Assembly: GCA_964627245.1 (NCBI GenBank)
Contig: CAZVGS010000003.1
Span: forward strand, 47,551 to 111,550
Source of the DNA: an uncultured Gammaproteobacteria bacterium
GTDB taxonomy: Bacteria; Patescibacteriota; Microgenomatia; Levybacterales; GWA1-39-11
Reading direction: 5' to 3'
DNA: 64,000 bases
The number at the start of each line of letters is the position of its first letter. Within the stretch, counting starts at the first letter, position 1. The translations under genes and the position numbers were made by a program. The notes below the pieces were generated by a model, which saw only the letters and a program-made list of their open reading frames with translations, made no database searches and was not told the DNA's origin. Positions 17,354-29,358 of this stretch are shown piece by piece.

Positions 17354-18652
17354 ATGAAAATAACATTTATAGGCCACGGATACGTTGGACTCGTTTCCGC
17401 GTCGATATTTGCAGATCTTGGTAACGAAGTAACTGTTATAGGACATACTCCCGAAACAGTGCATAAGTTAAATGAGGGGAAGGTCCATATATATGAACCC
17501 GGTCTTACCGAACTCGTACAAAAAAATCTTGATGCAAAAAGGTTAAAATTTACACTAGATTATAAATCGGTTAAAAATTCAGAATTGGTTTTTATCGGAG
17601 TAGGTACTCCTCCAAAAGAAAGCGGTGAAGCTGATCTCACGACAGTTTTGGAGGTGGCTGAGAATATTGCTAAAAACCTTTCAGGATATACGGTCGTTAT
17701 TACAAAAAGTACTGTTCCGATTGGAACAAATAAAAAAATTAAGAAGCTTATGTTGGAAATAGTTGATTCCAATGTAGAATTTGATGTTGCCTCTTGTCCG
17801 GAATTTTTACGTCAAGGATCTGCAATTTCTGACACCCTTTATCCAGACAGGATTGTAATTGGAACAGAAAAGAAAAAAGCAGAAGAACTTCTGGTACAGT
17901 TACATAAGCCTCTTCAGGAAAATACAAATTGCCAATTTGTTCTCTGCAACTTAGAAACTGCAGAAATGATAAAGTACGCTGCAAATTCTTTCTTGGCAAT
18001 GAAAATATCATTTGCAAACTCAATAGCTCAGCTTTCCGAATTGACGGGATCAGACGCTTTGAAAGTATTGGAGGGTATAGGCTTTGATAAGAGAATTGGA
18101 AATTATTTTCTTTCTCCAGGACCAGGGTATGGAGGTAGTTGTTTTCCAAAGGATGTTAAGGCGCTAATCTCAATAGCAAAAGATTTCGATTATGACTTTG
18201 AACTACTCAAAGAAGTTGAAAATGTAAATTATTTAGCGAAAAAACTCATTATTAAAAAAGCCGAAGAACTTTTGGGTAGTTTTGAAGGAAAAAAAGTTGG
18301 GGTTCTCGGGCTTTCCTTCAAACCAAATACTGATGATATGAGGTTTGCTCCTTCAATCGAAATTATAAACTGGTTAAAAGAGAAGGGTGTTGAAGTGAAG
18401 GCATACGATCCTCAATCGATGGAGAAGGCAAAGAAAATTATTGATGGAATTTCCTACTGTGAAGATTTATACGATGTAGCAAATGCAGCAGACTTACTTA
18501 TTGTTCTGACTGATTGGAATGAATTTAAAGAAATGGATCTTGAGAAAATCAAATCCTCAATGAAGTCACCATTCATCATTGATGCCAGAAATATATACGA
18601 GCCTGAAAAAATGAGGGGTCTAGGATTTTCTTATAGAGGAGTTGGAAGATAA
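17354..18652 (+). CDS. ugd: UDP-glucose 6-dehydrogenase
   Basis: GHGYVG, KSTVP, PEFLRQG, GYGGSCFPKD and FKPNTDD motifs. Confidence 0.95.
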   Translation: MKITFIGHGYVGLVSASIFADLGNEVTVIGHTPETVHKLNEGKVHIYEPGLTELVQKNLDAKRLKFTLDYKSVKNSELVFIGVGTPPKESGEADLTTVLEVAENIAKNLSGYTVVITKSTVPIGTNKKIKKLMLEIVDSNVEFDVASCPEFLRQGSAISDTLYPDRIVIGTEKKKAEELLVQLHKPLQENTNCQFVLCNLETAEMIKYAANSFLAMKISFANSIAQLSELTGSDALKVLEGIGFDKRIGNYFLSPGPGYGGSCFPKDVKALISIAKDFDYDFELLKEVENVNYLAKKLIIKKAEELLGSFEGKKVGVLGLSFKPNTDDMRFAPSIEIINWLKEKGVEVKAYDPQSMEKAKKIIDGISYCEDLYDVANAADLLIVLTDWNEFKEMDLEKIKSSMKSPFIIDARNIYEPEKMRGLGFSYRGVGR

Positions 18653-18656
18653 GTTT

Positions 18657-19595
18657 ATGCCAAAAGCACTTGTTACAGGAGTACATGGTTTTGCAGGAAC
18701 TCACCTAAACAATTTATTGCTTCAAAAAGATTACGAAGTATTTGGGATTATAAAACCTGAAAAGGACTTAAAGCTTGACGATCATTTTTTCGCTGTTGAT
18801 ATACAGGACTTTGAAGGAACAAAAAAGGTTATTGCTGATACGGCTCCTGATCATATATATCATTTAGCTGCTCTAACAAGTCCGGCAAGAAGTTTTCTAA
18901 ATCCATCAGAAACAGTAACTACCAATATTTCCGGTCAACTTAATATCCTAGAAGCCGTAAAACAATTAGGACTTCTTGAGACTAAAGTCCTTGTTGTTTC
19001 TTCAGCGGAAATTTATGGAGCAGCAGATGAAAATGACCTTCCGCTAAGCGAAAGTGCGCCGATAAAACCCCTATCTCCTTATGCTATAAGTAAAGTAGCG
19101 CAGGACTTTCTTGGATATCAGTATAAGCAGGCACATAATATTAAAACCGTGATTGTCAGGCCATTTAACAATATCGGTCCTCAGCAAGCGCCAATATTTG
19201 TAATCCCCGCATTTGCAAAACAAATTGCCGAGATAGAGAAAGGTATAAAAGAACCTGTTTTGAAAGTCGGAAATCTTGAATCCAGGCGAGATTTTACAGA
19301 TGTGAGGGATACGGTAAGAGCATACGAGCTATTGATGCAAAAGGGTGAGAGTGGAGAGGCATATAATATTGGATCCGGAAAATCCTACAAAATTAGTGAA
19401 ATTCTTGAGATGTTTTTATCCCTATCTGATAAAGAAATAGTAATTGAGAAAGATCCAGCACTCATGAGGCCCGGAGACATACCTGAGTTGAGGTGTGATT
19501 ATGACAAGCTTCACAAAGCAACAGGATGGAAGCCCGAAATTGATATTGAGAAATCACTTAAAGACACGCTGGACTATTGGAGAAATATCATTTAG
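18657..19595 (+). CDS. rmd: GDP-4-keto-6-deoxy-D-mannose reductase-like SDR (Rmd)
   Basis: SSAEIYG, YAISK, RPFN.IGP, FAKQIAEIE, GNLESRRDFTDVRD; adjacent gmd. Confidence 0.75.
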   Translation: MPKALVTGVHGFAGTHLNNLLLQKDYEVFGIIKPEKDLKLDDHFFAVDIQDFEGTKKVIADTAPDHIYHLAALTSPARSFLNPSETVTTNISGQLNILEAVKQLGLLETKVLVVSSAEIYGAADENDLPLSESAPIKPLSPYAISKVAQDFLGYQYKQAHNIKTVIVRPFNNIGPQQAPIFVIPAFAKQIAEIEKGIKEPVLKVGNLESRRDFTDVRDTVRAYELLMQKGESGEAYNIGSGKSYKISEILEMFLSLSDKEIVIEKDPALMRPGDIPELRCDYDKLHKATGWKPEIDIEKSLKDTLDYWRNII

Positions 19596-19611
19596 AATGG
19601 TTAAATTATAA

Positions 19612-20595
<984 letters not shown>

Positions 20596-20668
20596 ATTAA
20601 AATCTACGTTTAAGTTTCCCCAATGATTTCTGATACAATTACAATGTGTAACTCAAACACAAATTTTT

Positions 20669-21625
20669 ATGAGTAAAATTTTAATTGCAGGAGGTGTAGG
20701 TTTTATAGGTTCGAATTTGGCGGCGCGTCTTCTCTCAGAAGGACATGAAGTGATCGCGATCGATAATTTAATTACGAGTTCAGAAAAAAATATAGAAAGT
20801 TTGCTCAGCAATCCGGCATTTTCTTTCATAAATCACGACGTAACAACTCCACTTCCCGATGAAATTAGTGCTGAATATGTATTTCACATGGCTTCTCCCG
20901 CATCTCCAAATCATCACAGTAAAATTTCATATCATGCTCTCCCGATGCAGACAATGATGGTAAATACTTTAGGAACTCTTGAGCTTCTTAAATTTGCGAA
21001 AAAAAACAATGCTAAATTTCTTTTCGCCTCGACATCAGAGGTTTATGGTGATCCTTTAGAGCATCCCCAGAAGGAAGAGTATAGGGGAAATGTATCAACA
21101 ACAGGTCCAAGAGCTGTTTACGATGAAGCTAAAAGATTTGGTGAGACCTTAATTTCTTATTATTGGAGAGAAAGTGACTTAGATGCTCGGATTGCAAGGA
21201 TATTTAATACTTACGGTCCAAAAATGCATAAAGAAGACATGAGAATGATAGTTAATTTTATACTTCAAGCCCTTAGCAACGAATCTATTACTATTTTTGG
21301 AGACGGCACACAAACAAGGTCTCTTTGTTTTGTCGACGATTTGGTTGATGGTCTTATCAAGTTGATGTTTGGTGAGAATACAAAAGCGGAAATTGTCAAT
21401 CTTGGAAATCCGGAGGAGCACTCAGTCTACGAATACGCGCAGATAGTAAAAAAAATTACGAATTCTTCAAGCGAAATAATATTTTCTGAAGATCTTCCTC
21501 AAGATGATCCCTTGAGGAGAAGTCCCGATATTTCAAAGGCAAAAAGCCTTTTATCATGGCAGCCAAAGGTAAGCCTTGAAGAGGGGTTGCTAAAGATGAT
21601 TGAATATGTGAAGACTTTTGAATAA
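20669..21625 (+). CDS. uxs: UDP-glucuronate decarboxylase (UDP-xylose synthase)
   Basis: [30 protein letters not shown] and DDP.RR.PDI motifs. Confidence 0.88.
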   Translation: MSKILIAGGVGFIGSNLAARLLSEGHEVIAIDNLITSSEKNIESLLSNPAFSFINHDVTTPLPDEISAEYVFHMASPASPNHHSKISYHALPMQTMMVNTLGTLELLKFAKKNNAKFLFASTSEVYGDPLEHPQKEEYRGNVSTTGPRAVYDEAKRFGETLISYYWRESDLDARIARIFNTYGPKMHKEDMRMIVNFILQALSNESITIFGDGTQTRSLCFVDDLVDGLIKLMFGENTKAEIVNLGNPEEHSVYEYAQIVKKITNSSSEIIFSEDLPQDDPLRRSPDISKAKSLLSWQPKVSLEEGLLKMIEYVKTFE

Positions 21626-21627
21626 CT

Positions 21628-22758
21628 ATGAAAATATTTGTAATACCTGCAACATATAACGAGCGCGAAAATATAGGAAAATTCATAACCGTTCTGGAAG
21701 ATGAGGTTTTTCCCACAATAAAGGGTCACGATTTACATATCTTGGTAGCTGATGATTATTCACCTGATGGTACAGGTGAGGTTGTCAAGGATTTAATGAA
21801 AAAATATAAAAATCTCGGACTCAATCAAGGTGAGAAAAAAGGATTGGGAGCAGCTTATATCAGAACAATGGGGCATGCGATCGAAAAGTTGGGAGCAGAT
21901 GTCGTAGTGAGTATTGATGCAGATTTTCAATTTGATTCTCGCGAGCTGCCAAAATTTATTGAAAAAATAGAGCAGGGCAATGATATGGTTATCCAAACAC
22001 GCTACAGTGGTGGGGGATCGATCCCTTACAATTGGCCAATCCAGAGAAAAATCTTTTCAAAAACTGCAAATATGTTTGTCAGATCAGTTTTTATGAAATT
22101 TAACATACATGATTGGACGGGGGGATTTCGTGCAATCACAAAAGAAGTCTTTTTGAAAGAAAGACATGAGATGAGAGGATTCAACGGATATATATTTCAG
22201 ATTGCTTTTCTGCAAAAAGCGGTACGCGATGGATACAAGATTGCAGAAATTCCCGTACATTTTTCAGATAGAAAATTGGGGAATTCAAAGATCGCTCCCC
22301 TTCATTACATTGTGACAGTTTTAAAGTTTGTGATATCAACACGAGTTAAAGAGTTGGCATATGGACCGTTTGGAAAATTTATTATTGTCGGCGGGTTTGG
22401 ATTTATATTAAATGCGTTAATTTTGCGGATATTGGTGGATGGATTCGGATGGTTGCCATATGTAGCAAATCTTCTTGGAGCAGTATTTGCAATATTCTCT
22501 AATTTCAATTTTAATAATTTTTGGTCATTCAAGCATCATAAGGCTCCGACTTTCAAACATTATATTCTAAAAATGTTCCAGTTTTATTTAACTTCTGCCT
22601 TTGGAGTGATCGTGATACAAACTGGTACAATTTTTGTAGGCACACATTTTATTACAAAGCCTGATGACTATTTCCTATATTTCCTTCTGGGAACAGCATT
22701 CCTTCTCTTTTGGAATTTTTCAATTTACTCCCGCGTAATCTGGAAGAAAAAACATTAG
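21628..22758 (+). CDS. GT2 polyprenol-phosphate glycosyltransferase (DPM1-like) fused to a GtrA flippase-like domain
   Basis: PATYNE, DD.SPDGT, DAD, DWTGGFR; C-terminal KF.IVG...NF..N..WSF four-TM segment. Confidence 0.88.
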   Translation: MKIFVIPATYNERENIGKFITVLEDEVFPTIKGHDLHILVADDYSPDGTGEVVKDLMKKYKNLGLNQGEKKGLGAAYIRTMGHAIEKLGADVVVSIDADFQFDSRELPKFIEKIEQGNDMVIQTRYSGGGSIPYNWPIQRKIFSKTANMFVRSVFMKFNIHDWTGGFRAITKEVFLKERHEMRGFNGYIFQIAFLQKAVRDGYKIAEIPVHFSDRKLGNSKIAPLHYIVTVLKFVISTRVKELAYGPFGKFIIVGGFGFILNALILRILVDGFGWLPYVANLLGAVFAIFSNFNFNNFWSFKHHKAPTFKHYILKMFQFYLTSAFGVIVIQTGTIFVGTHFITKPDDYFLYFLLGTAFLLFWNFSIYSRVIWKKKH

Positions 22759-22765
22759 GCTGACT

Positions 22766-24352
22766 ATGTTATCGCGAATAAAAAGCTACTTTCTCCAACA
22801 CAAAATTGAGCTTATATTAATTATTACAATTACCGTAGTTTCTGCATTTTTTAGACTTTATAAAATTTCAGATTATATGACTTTTTTAGGTGATGAAGGT
22901 AGAGATATGATTGTTGCAAAAGGAATCTTGGAAGGAGATTTTACATTGTTGGGCCCAAGAGCTTCTGCGGGAGACTTTTTTTTGGGTCCAATATATTACT
23001 ACATGATTGCGCCATTTCTTTTCCTGGCAAGACTCGACCCTGTCGGACCATCGGTAATGGTTGCACTTTTTGGTGTTGCTACGGTTTTGCTAGTATATTT
23101 TGCAGGGCTTAAATTATGTAATAGAAGAGCAGGTCTTATTGCAGCATCGTTATATTCAATTTCTCCCTTGGTTATAGCATATTCACGGTCTTCATGGAAC
23201 CCGAATCTTATGCCTTTCTTTTCTCTTCTTATATTATTTGTATTATATGAAGCGGTTAAAAGTCAGTCTGCCAGGTTATTTATAGCAATCGGTTTTTTAA
23301 TTGGGATAGCAATTCAGCTTCATTATCTTACTGTTTTTTTAGGAGTAATAGTACTCGTATATTTAATATTTGGAGAATTTATTAAAGAAAAAGAAAGAAT
23401 TTTTTTAAGGTACCTAGCTCACGGTTTTGAGATGTTGGGAGGATTCATTCTAGGTATTTCACCATTTCTTTTATTTGAGATAAGGCATGGTTTTCCGAAT
23501 GTATCAGCAATACTTAAATTCGTATTGACAGATAATGCAGCCGGGGGATATCCTCCTGGCCAGTCATTTCTCGGTAATATTTTTGATGTATTATTTAGAC
23601 TTTTTGGAAGACTTGTAACCAAATTTCCGCCCCCGGAGCAGGTCAATGTAACTGAGAATCTTGATCTCAGGATTTGGCAAATTGCGACAGTCATACTGGC
23701 TTTTTTCTCGATAATTGCAATCATCAAAATCAAGGATAAATTTACAAAACTCTTATTCACTCTCTGGCTGGTTCTTGGGGTTTTTCTTTTCGCATTCTAT
23801 AGGAAGCCTATATACGATTATTATTTAGGGTTTATTTTTCCTCTGCCATTTTTGCTCGTTGGGAGTTTATTGTCACAGACTTCAAAAATTAAAAAATATA
23901 AAGTTCTAAGCATAGGCATTTCAGTGTTAGTCTTCGTTTGTCTGCTTATCCTAAATTTGTCCGGGGCACCATTTCTTCATAAGGGCAACAAGCAGAAAGA
24001 TCAAGCAAAAAATATCGCAGAATTTATTATTTCAAAGACTGAGGGGAAGCCATACAATTTTGCCTTGCTAACAAGAGGTAACTCTGATCATGTCTATAGA
24101 TACTTTTTAGAAGTAGCAAATAAAGCTCCTATTACAATACTTAACGGAAACATAGATCCTCAAAGAGAAAGTGTAGCCGATCAATTAATAGTTGTTTGTG
24201 AATATGTCGAGTGTCAGCCGTTGGGAAATTCTCTTTGGGAAATAGCAGGGTTTGGTAGGGCAGAGATTGTTGGAGAGTGGGAAGTGCCCTTTGTTAAAAT
24301 ATTCAAACTGGTTCACTTCGAGAAGGAAGAGTCTAATATCCAAGAAAATTAA
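22766..24352 (+). CDS. GT-C (ArnT/PMT-like) membrane glycosyltransferase
   Basis: FLGDEGRD after first TM; GP.YYY, SR.SWNPN and QLHY motifs; multi-TM. Confidence 0.85.
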   Translation: MLSRIKSYFLQHKIELILIITITVVSAFFRLYKISDYMTFLGDEGRDMIVAKGILEGDFTLLGPRASAGDFFLGPIYYYMIAPFLFLARLDPVGPSVMVALFGVATVLLVYFAGLKLCNRRAGLIAASLYSISPLVIAYSRSSWNPNLMPFFSLLILFVLYEAVKSQSARLFIAIGFLIGIAIQLHYLTVFLGVIVLVYLIFGEFIKEKERIFLRYLAHGFEMLGGFILGISPFLLFEIRHGFPNVSAILKFVLTDNAAGGYPPGQSFLGNIFDVLFRLFGRLVTKFPPPEQVNVTENLDLRIWQIATVILAFFSIIAIIKIKDKFTKLLFTLWLVLGVFLFAFYRKPIYDYYLGFIFPLPFLLVGSLLSQTSKIKKYKVLSIGISVLVFVCLLILNLSGAPFLHKGNKQKDQAKNIAEFIISKTEGKPYNFALLTRGNSDHVYRYFLEVANKAPITILNGNIDPQRESVADQLIVVCEYVECQPLGNSLWEIAGFGRAEIVGEWEVPFVKIFKLVHFEKEESNIQEN

Positions 24353-24626
24353 GTTTTAGGACCCCGCTTGCAAGAAGCACAAAAAGAAGAATTTCAGATG
24401 CCAGGATTATTCCGCTTGCTGCTGAAATAGAATTTATATCCTTTTTTAGGTAAGCAGCATCGCTTAGATCTTCTGGAGGGTTAATTTTAACGTTGGCTAC
24501 AAACCCTTTTTTTGGTGCGACTTTTACAGTATAAGAGGGCGTTTCAGAAGGCTCATGTGTTATTTGAGACAAAATCCTCTTTGAGGCATGCTCTTTTTGT
24601 TTTCTGGTTTTTCTCTTCTTTGACAT
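24333..24626 (-). CDS. Hypothetical protein, basic N-terminus and C-terminal TM
   Basis: MSKKRKTRKQK... ORF; start reassigned to 24626. Confidence 0.6.
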   Translation of the reverse strand: MSKKRKTRKQKEHASKRILSQITHEPSETPSYTVKVAPKKGFVANVKINPPEDLSDAAYLKKDINSISAASGIILASEILLFVLLASGVLKLNFLGY

Positions 24627-24682
24627 GAGCTCAAAGTTATCATATTGACACATTATTTTCAAGATACTAAAATTAGGAACGT

Positions 24683-25153
24683 ATGGATTTTTTTCCCCTG
24701 GCTGTTGCGGTTGGTTTACTTGTTATTTGGTGTACCATTTTATCTTATATACTGTTAAAACAAAAAAAGGGATTTATAAAAATTAGTAAGGGAGGGAAAA
24801 GCGAATCAATAGTTGAGGTCCTATCTCAGGTTTTAGATAACGAAAAAAAGTTGGTTAAGTCACTTTCCGAAACAGAAAAAAAGGTGGACGGCTTGCTATT
24901 TTCCTCGCAATTCTATATACAAAAGATAGGGCTTGTTAGATTTAACCCATTTAACGATACCGGTGGTGATCAAAGTTTTATACTTGCGCTAATCGACGAT
25001 AAAGATTCGGGTGTGGTAATTTCTGGTTTGCATACTAGAAATGGGACACGCTGGTATGCAAAGAAGATTGAGAGCGGCAAGGGGGTGGAGCACGAGCTGT
25101 CAGAAGACGAAATTAAAGCAATAAGAAGTGCATCGCGGAGGCATAAGGGATAA
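24683..25153 (+). CDS. DUF4446-like protein
   Basis: QKIGLVRFNPF.DTGGDQSF.LAL...GVVIS.LH.R...R.YAK pattern. Confidence 0.8.
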   Translation: MDFFPLAVAVGLLVIWCTILSYILLKQKKGFIKISKGGKSESIVEVLSQVLDNEKKLVKSLSETEKKVDGLLFSSQFYIQKIGLVRFNPFNDTGGDQSFILALIDDKDSGVVISGLHTRNGTRWYAKKIESGKGVEHELSEDEIKAIRSASRRHKG

Positions 25154-25163
25154 AAACTATAAA

Positions 25164-26357
25164 ATGAAAGAAGAATTGCCAAAAAAGAAGCAGCAAATCA
25201 ATATAAAAATTTTAGTTATAGCAGTGATTGCTTACGTGGGAAGTGCATTGGTTTCTTTTATAGTTTTTAGTAAGTTTGTTGGCGTTATTTCCGTTGTTCC
25301 GGTAGAACAGCCTAAAAAAACCGTTTCAGGTAAGTTATTATTCGATTCATCACTGCCAAAAACCGAACCCTGTCCATTGAATGGAGTAAAATATTCAAAA
25401 CAGCAAAGAGCATGGTGGGAAAAACACGCGCCTTTGGGGGTTATGCTAGAGAACCATCTTGAATCCAGACCTCAAAGCGGATTGACATCGGCCGATATTG
25501 TTTATGAAGCGGTTGCAGAAGGCGGTATTACTAGGTTTTTAGCAGTTTTTTACTGCCAAGATGCAGAATTTGTAGGGCCTGTGAGATCGGCTAGAACATA
25601 TTTCGTGGATTTTATTTCTGAATATGGGCCTTTTCCATTGTACGCTCACGTAGGCGGTGCAAATACGCCGGGACCAGCAAACGCATTAGGACAAATTTCC
25701 GATTATGGATGGGCAGGTTACAATGATCTGAATCAATTTTCAATAGGATTTCCTGTATTCGTTAGAGATTATGACAGGCTGGGAAGAACCGTAGCAACAG
25801 AACATACTGTCTATTCATCAACAACCAAACTTTGGGACTATGCTGCTGAAAATCGAAAAATTACAAATAAAGATGAAGATGATAACGAGTGGAATGAGGA
25901 TTTCATACCGTATGAGATCAAGGAAGATGCCCCGGCTTCTGCAAGACCATCCTCTCAATCTGTTGCTTACAGTGCTTGGGCAGGATACGCTGATTACAGC
26001 GTTCTTTGGACATACGATTCATCAGCAAATACATATAATAGGGTTAATGGTGGTAAAGCACATACAGATCTTAATAATAAGCAGCAAATAGCCGCTAAAA
26101 ATGTTGTAGTTCTCTTTATGCGTGAAAGTAGAGCGAACGATGGCTACGAGGGCAATTTACATCTTCTTTATGGTACCAAAGGCACAGGAAAAGCAAAAGT
26201 TTTTCAAGATGGGGAGGAAATTGATGCGGTTTGGACAAAGAAAAATAGAACCTCACACTTGATTTTGAAGGACAAGAGAGGTCAGGATATAGAATTTAAT
26301 CCGGGACTTATCTGGTTCTCTGTTGTTTCTTCAGATACTGATGTAGAAGTGAATTAA
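25164..26357 (+). CDS. DUF3048 (YerB-like) membrane-anchored protein
   Basis: VMLENH..SRPQSGL..ADIVYE..AEGGITRF and GPVRSAR motifs. Confidence 0.88.
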   Translation: MKEELPKKKQQINIKILVIAVIAYVGSALVSFIVFSKFVGVISVVPVEQPKKTVSGKLLFDSSLPKTEPCPLNGVKYSKQQRAWWEKHAPLGVMLENHLESRPQSGLTSADIVYEAVAEGGITRFLAVFYCQDAEFVGPVRSARTYFVDFISEYGPFPLYAHVGGANTPGPANALGQISDYGWAGYNDLNQFSIGFPVFVRDYDRLGRTVATEHTVYSSTTKLWDYAAENRKITNKDEDDNEWNEDFIPYEIKEDAPASARPSSQSVAYSAWAGYADYSVLWTYDSSANTYNRVNGGKAHTDLNNKQQIAAKNVVVLFMRESRANDGYEGNLHLLYGTKGTGKAKVFQDGEEIDAVWTKKNRTSHLILKDKRGQDIEFNPGLIWFSVVSSDTDVEVN

Positions 26358-26423
26358 CTTTCTGTCCATTTTAACTGTTGAATGTCATAAAACTTTAGTA
26401 TAATATATGTACTCAGAAAGTTT

Positions 26424-27002
26424 ATGTTTGAAGATCTTATTACTTCTAAAACCCGCATAAAAATTTTACACCTTTTCTTGGGTAATCTTGACCAAATGTT
26501 TCATGTAAGAGAAATTGTAAGGCGTGTTGAAGAGGAGATAAATGCAGTACGACGTGAGTTAATTCTCCTTGAGAAAAAAGGGATTCTCAACCGCGAAGCA
26601 AGAGCAAATAGAGTATATTATTCGCTAGACACTGCCTATCCATTCTATTTCGACTTAATTAAAATTCATGCCAAAGAGTCCGGTCTTGGAAGCGATATTG
26701 TTAAGAATAGAGCTAAATTAGGGAGAGTAAAATACGCGATGCTATCAGGCAATTTTGCCCGCAATCTTGATAATAATGGTGAGAGTGTTGATTTGCTCAT
26801 GGTTGGTGTAGTTGTTCTTCCCGAATTATCTTTGATAATCAAAAAAGAAGAAGAGAAGAAAAAAAGAGAAATAAATTATACAATAATGAATGAGGATGAA
26901 TTTAATTTCAGGAAAGCGAGACGGGATCCTTTTATATCCTCTATTATTCACGGTTCAAGAGTCATGCTTATTGGTGATGAAGAGTCTTTGGTTAAGGAAT
27001 AA
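26424..27002 (+). CDS. Winged-HTH protein fused to a degenerate minimal nucleotidyltransferase-like domain
   Basis: SKTRIKIL...HVREIVR...INAVRREL HTH; SGNF...VDLLMVG...REINYT. Confidence 0.75.
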   Translation: MFEDLITSKTRIKILHLFLGNLDQMFHVREIVRRVEEEINAVRRELILLEKKGILNREARANRVYYSLDTAYPFYFDLIKIHAKESGLGSDIVKNRAKLGRVKYAMLSGNFARNLDNNGESVDLLMVGVVVLPELSLIIKKEEEKKKREINYTIMNEDEFNFRKARRDPFISSIIHGSRVMLIGDEESLVKE

Positions 27003-27011
27003 TGATTTATT

Positions 27012-28415
27012 ATGCAGAAACCGAAAGTATTTATAATCCTTATTTTTGTTGTATCGGCTATACTGTTGGCTTTTGATCTTCCTTTTAAGGTTGATCTTAG
27101 GTCAGTTAAGGTTCCATTTGTCGAAAAAGAGAAAAAAATTGCCGATTTTGTCTTTGACCCGTCAAATATAAACATTTCACTTGGTAATGTAACGATCCAA
27201 AAGGATATATCCTACAGACTTGGACTCGATCTTCAGGGAGGAACACAGCTTACGTATAAAATTATCATGGACGATGTTGCTAAGGGTGAAGAGCTTGATG
27301 CTTTTGAATCTGCCCGAGATGTAATTGAGAGAAGGATAAATTTTTTAGGTGTTTCAGAGCCTGTGATCCAAACAGTTAAGATAGGAGACGAGCACAGGGT
27401 AATAGTAGATCTTCCAGGTATGTCTAACGTTACTCAAGCAATTAACCTGATAGGCCAGACCGCACAACTTACTTTCTGGGAAGGAGACGGTAGGGAAATT
27501 GCAACTGAGAGTGCTCAAGCAGATCCATTGCTAAGTATTCTGGGTCAATTAGTAGGCTCAAATCCTATTCCGACAGATCTGACCGGAAAGGATCTTCAGA
27601 AGGCAGCGGTTGTTTTTGACAGCACATCAGGTCAACCCCAGGTGCAAATTCAATTCACAGGTGAAGGCGCAAAGAAATTTGGAGATATTACCAAGAGAAA
27701 TTTAGGCAAAGTTGTTGCCATTGTGCTAGACAATCAAATTGTTAGTGCACCTGTTGTGCAAAGCGAAATTGTAAATGGCACAGCAGTTATTACAGGAAAT
27801 TTCACGACCGAGGAATCAAAAAACCTGAGTATTGCATTAAATGCCGGTGCACTGCCTGCTCCTCTTGAGGTGATAGCACAGAAGTCAGTCGGGCCATCTC
27901 TTGGTATAGACAGTCTTAACAGAAGTCTTTTTGCTGCAATTTTAGGGTTGATTTCAATCGGCTTTTTCATGACTTATATTTACAGGAAGGAAGGAATCCT
28001 AGCTTGTCTTGCATTGATAATCTACACAATATTGGTTCTTTTTGTATTCAAATTAATACCTGTGACTCTTACATTAGCAGGCATCGCCGGCTTTATCTTG
28101 TCGATAGGAATGGCTGTTGATGCCAACATTTTGATATTTGAGAGAATGAAAGAGGAGCTAAGACGCGGAAAGCCAAGAGACATTGCTCTAAAAAACGGCT
28201 TTTCAAGAGCGTGGTCTTCAATTAGAGATTCAAATGTAACAAGCATAATTACATCAATTATCTTATTCTATTTCGGAAGCGGAATTGTGAGAGGCTTTGC
28301 TTTAACTCTTTTTATAGGAATTGTTATTTCAATGTTTTCTGCAATTACTATTACTAAGAATCTACTACTTATTTTTGAAGTAAATCCGTATAAGAAGGAG
28401 AAAGTAAAAAAATAA
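27012..28415 (+). CDS. secD: Protein translocase subunit SecD
   Basis: LGLDLQGG, GALP and GMAVDANILIFER motifs. Confidence 0.97.
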   Translation: MQKPKVFIILIFVVSAILLAFDLPFKVDLRSVKVPFVEKEKKIADFVFDPSNINISLGNVTIQKDISYRLGLDLQGGTQLTYKIIMDDVAKGEELDAFESARDVIERRINFLGVSEPVIQTVKIGDEHRVIVDLPGMSNVTQAINLIGQTAQLTFWEGDGREIATESAQADPLLSILGQLVGSNPIPTDLTGKDLQKAAVVFDSTSGQPQVQIQFTGEGAKKFGDITKRNLGKVVAIVLDNQIVSAPVVQSEIVNGTAVITGNFTTEESKNLSIALNAGALPAPLEVIAQKSVGPSLGIDSLNRSLFAAILGLISIGFFMTYIYRKEGILACLALIIYTILVLFVFKLIPVTLTLAGIAGFILSIGMAVDANILIFERMKEELRRGKPRDIALKNGFSRAWSSIRDSNVTSIITSIILFYFGSGIVRGFALTLFIGIVISMFSAITITKNLLLIFEVNPYKKEKVKK

Positions 28416-28416
28416 A

Positions 28417-29358
28417 ATGGACATAGTTGGAAAAAGAAAGATTTTTTTGATAATCTCAGGCAGCTTAATGCTTCTAAGCATTATTTCAGTTGCAATTTTC
28501 GGGTTCAAGTTATCAATTGAGTTTACAGGGGGATCCAAGCTTCAAGTGATATCAGCAAACGGGAAAAGTATAAGTAAATCAAGCTTAAAAAATATTGTAG
28601 AGAAGAATAAGATAAAAGTGGTCTCAATAACAGGTGACTCCGACAAAGAGCTAGTTATAAGAATGGAAACAATAGCCGATTCTCAGAAAAACCAAATATT
28701 ATCAAATGCCAGAGAGGCAGATATTGAATTAACTGAAACAAGCTTTGACACCCTCGGTCCTGTTATTGGAAATGAATCGAAAGTAAATTCTCTGAAAGCT
28801 GTTGGACTTGCTATTTTGGCGATAACCTTATACATAGCTTTCGCATTTAGAAAAGTTTCAAAACCTGTATCATCATGGAAATTTGGGATAAGCGCAATAA
28901 TCGCGCTTATCCATGATGTTGTAATTGTACTTGGGGCATTTTCACTTTTCGGTTTGTTTTTAGGCGTTGAAATCGACACTTTATTCATAACGGCAATACT
29001 AACGATTATGGGATTTTCCGTCCATGATACGATTGTTGTTTTTGACAGAATACGGGAGAACCTTATAAAAAATGTGCACAATAACCCTTTTGAAAAAGTT
29101 GTCAATCTAAGCTTTAACGAAACCGTTGCGAGATCTCTTAATACATCGATTACAGTCATTCTGGTCCTTTTTGCACTGCTTATATTTGGAGGCGAGTCAA
29201 TAAGATGGTTTATAGCGGCATTTCTAATTGGTATAGTAACCGGAACATATTCATCTATCTTCATAGCGTCAGCAATACTGGTCGAGTGGTATAAATTTGA
29301 TCAAAAAGGTATCAAACTCTTCAGATTTCTCAAAATTCCAAAGCGTGTCAGAAAGTAG
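28417..29358 (+). CDS. secF: Protein translocase subunit SecF
   Basis: SIEFTGG, GFSVHDTIVVFDRIRE and GTYSSIFIA motifs. Confidence 0.97.
   Translation: MDIVGKRKIFLIISGSLMLLSIISVAIFGFKLSIEFTGGSKLQVISANGKSISKSSLKNIVEKNKIKVVSITGDSDKELVIRMETIADSQKNQILSNAREADIELTETSFDTLGPVIGNESKVNSLKAVGLAILAITLYIAFAFRKVSKPVSSWKFGISAIIALIHDVVIVLGAFSLFGLFLGVEIDTLFITAILTIMGFSVHDTIVVFDRIRENLIKNVHNNPFEKVVNLSFNETVARSLNTSITVILVLFALLIFGGESIRWFIAAFLIGIVTGTYSSIFIASAILVEWYKFDQKGIKLFRFLKIPKRVRK

Noticed and set aside
28683-29264. 193-aa antisense ORF in secF, and similar antisense ORFs in lon, ugd, copA and gltX
   Set aside because: Shadow frames of well-supported genes with no recognisable motifs
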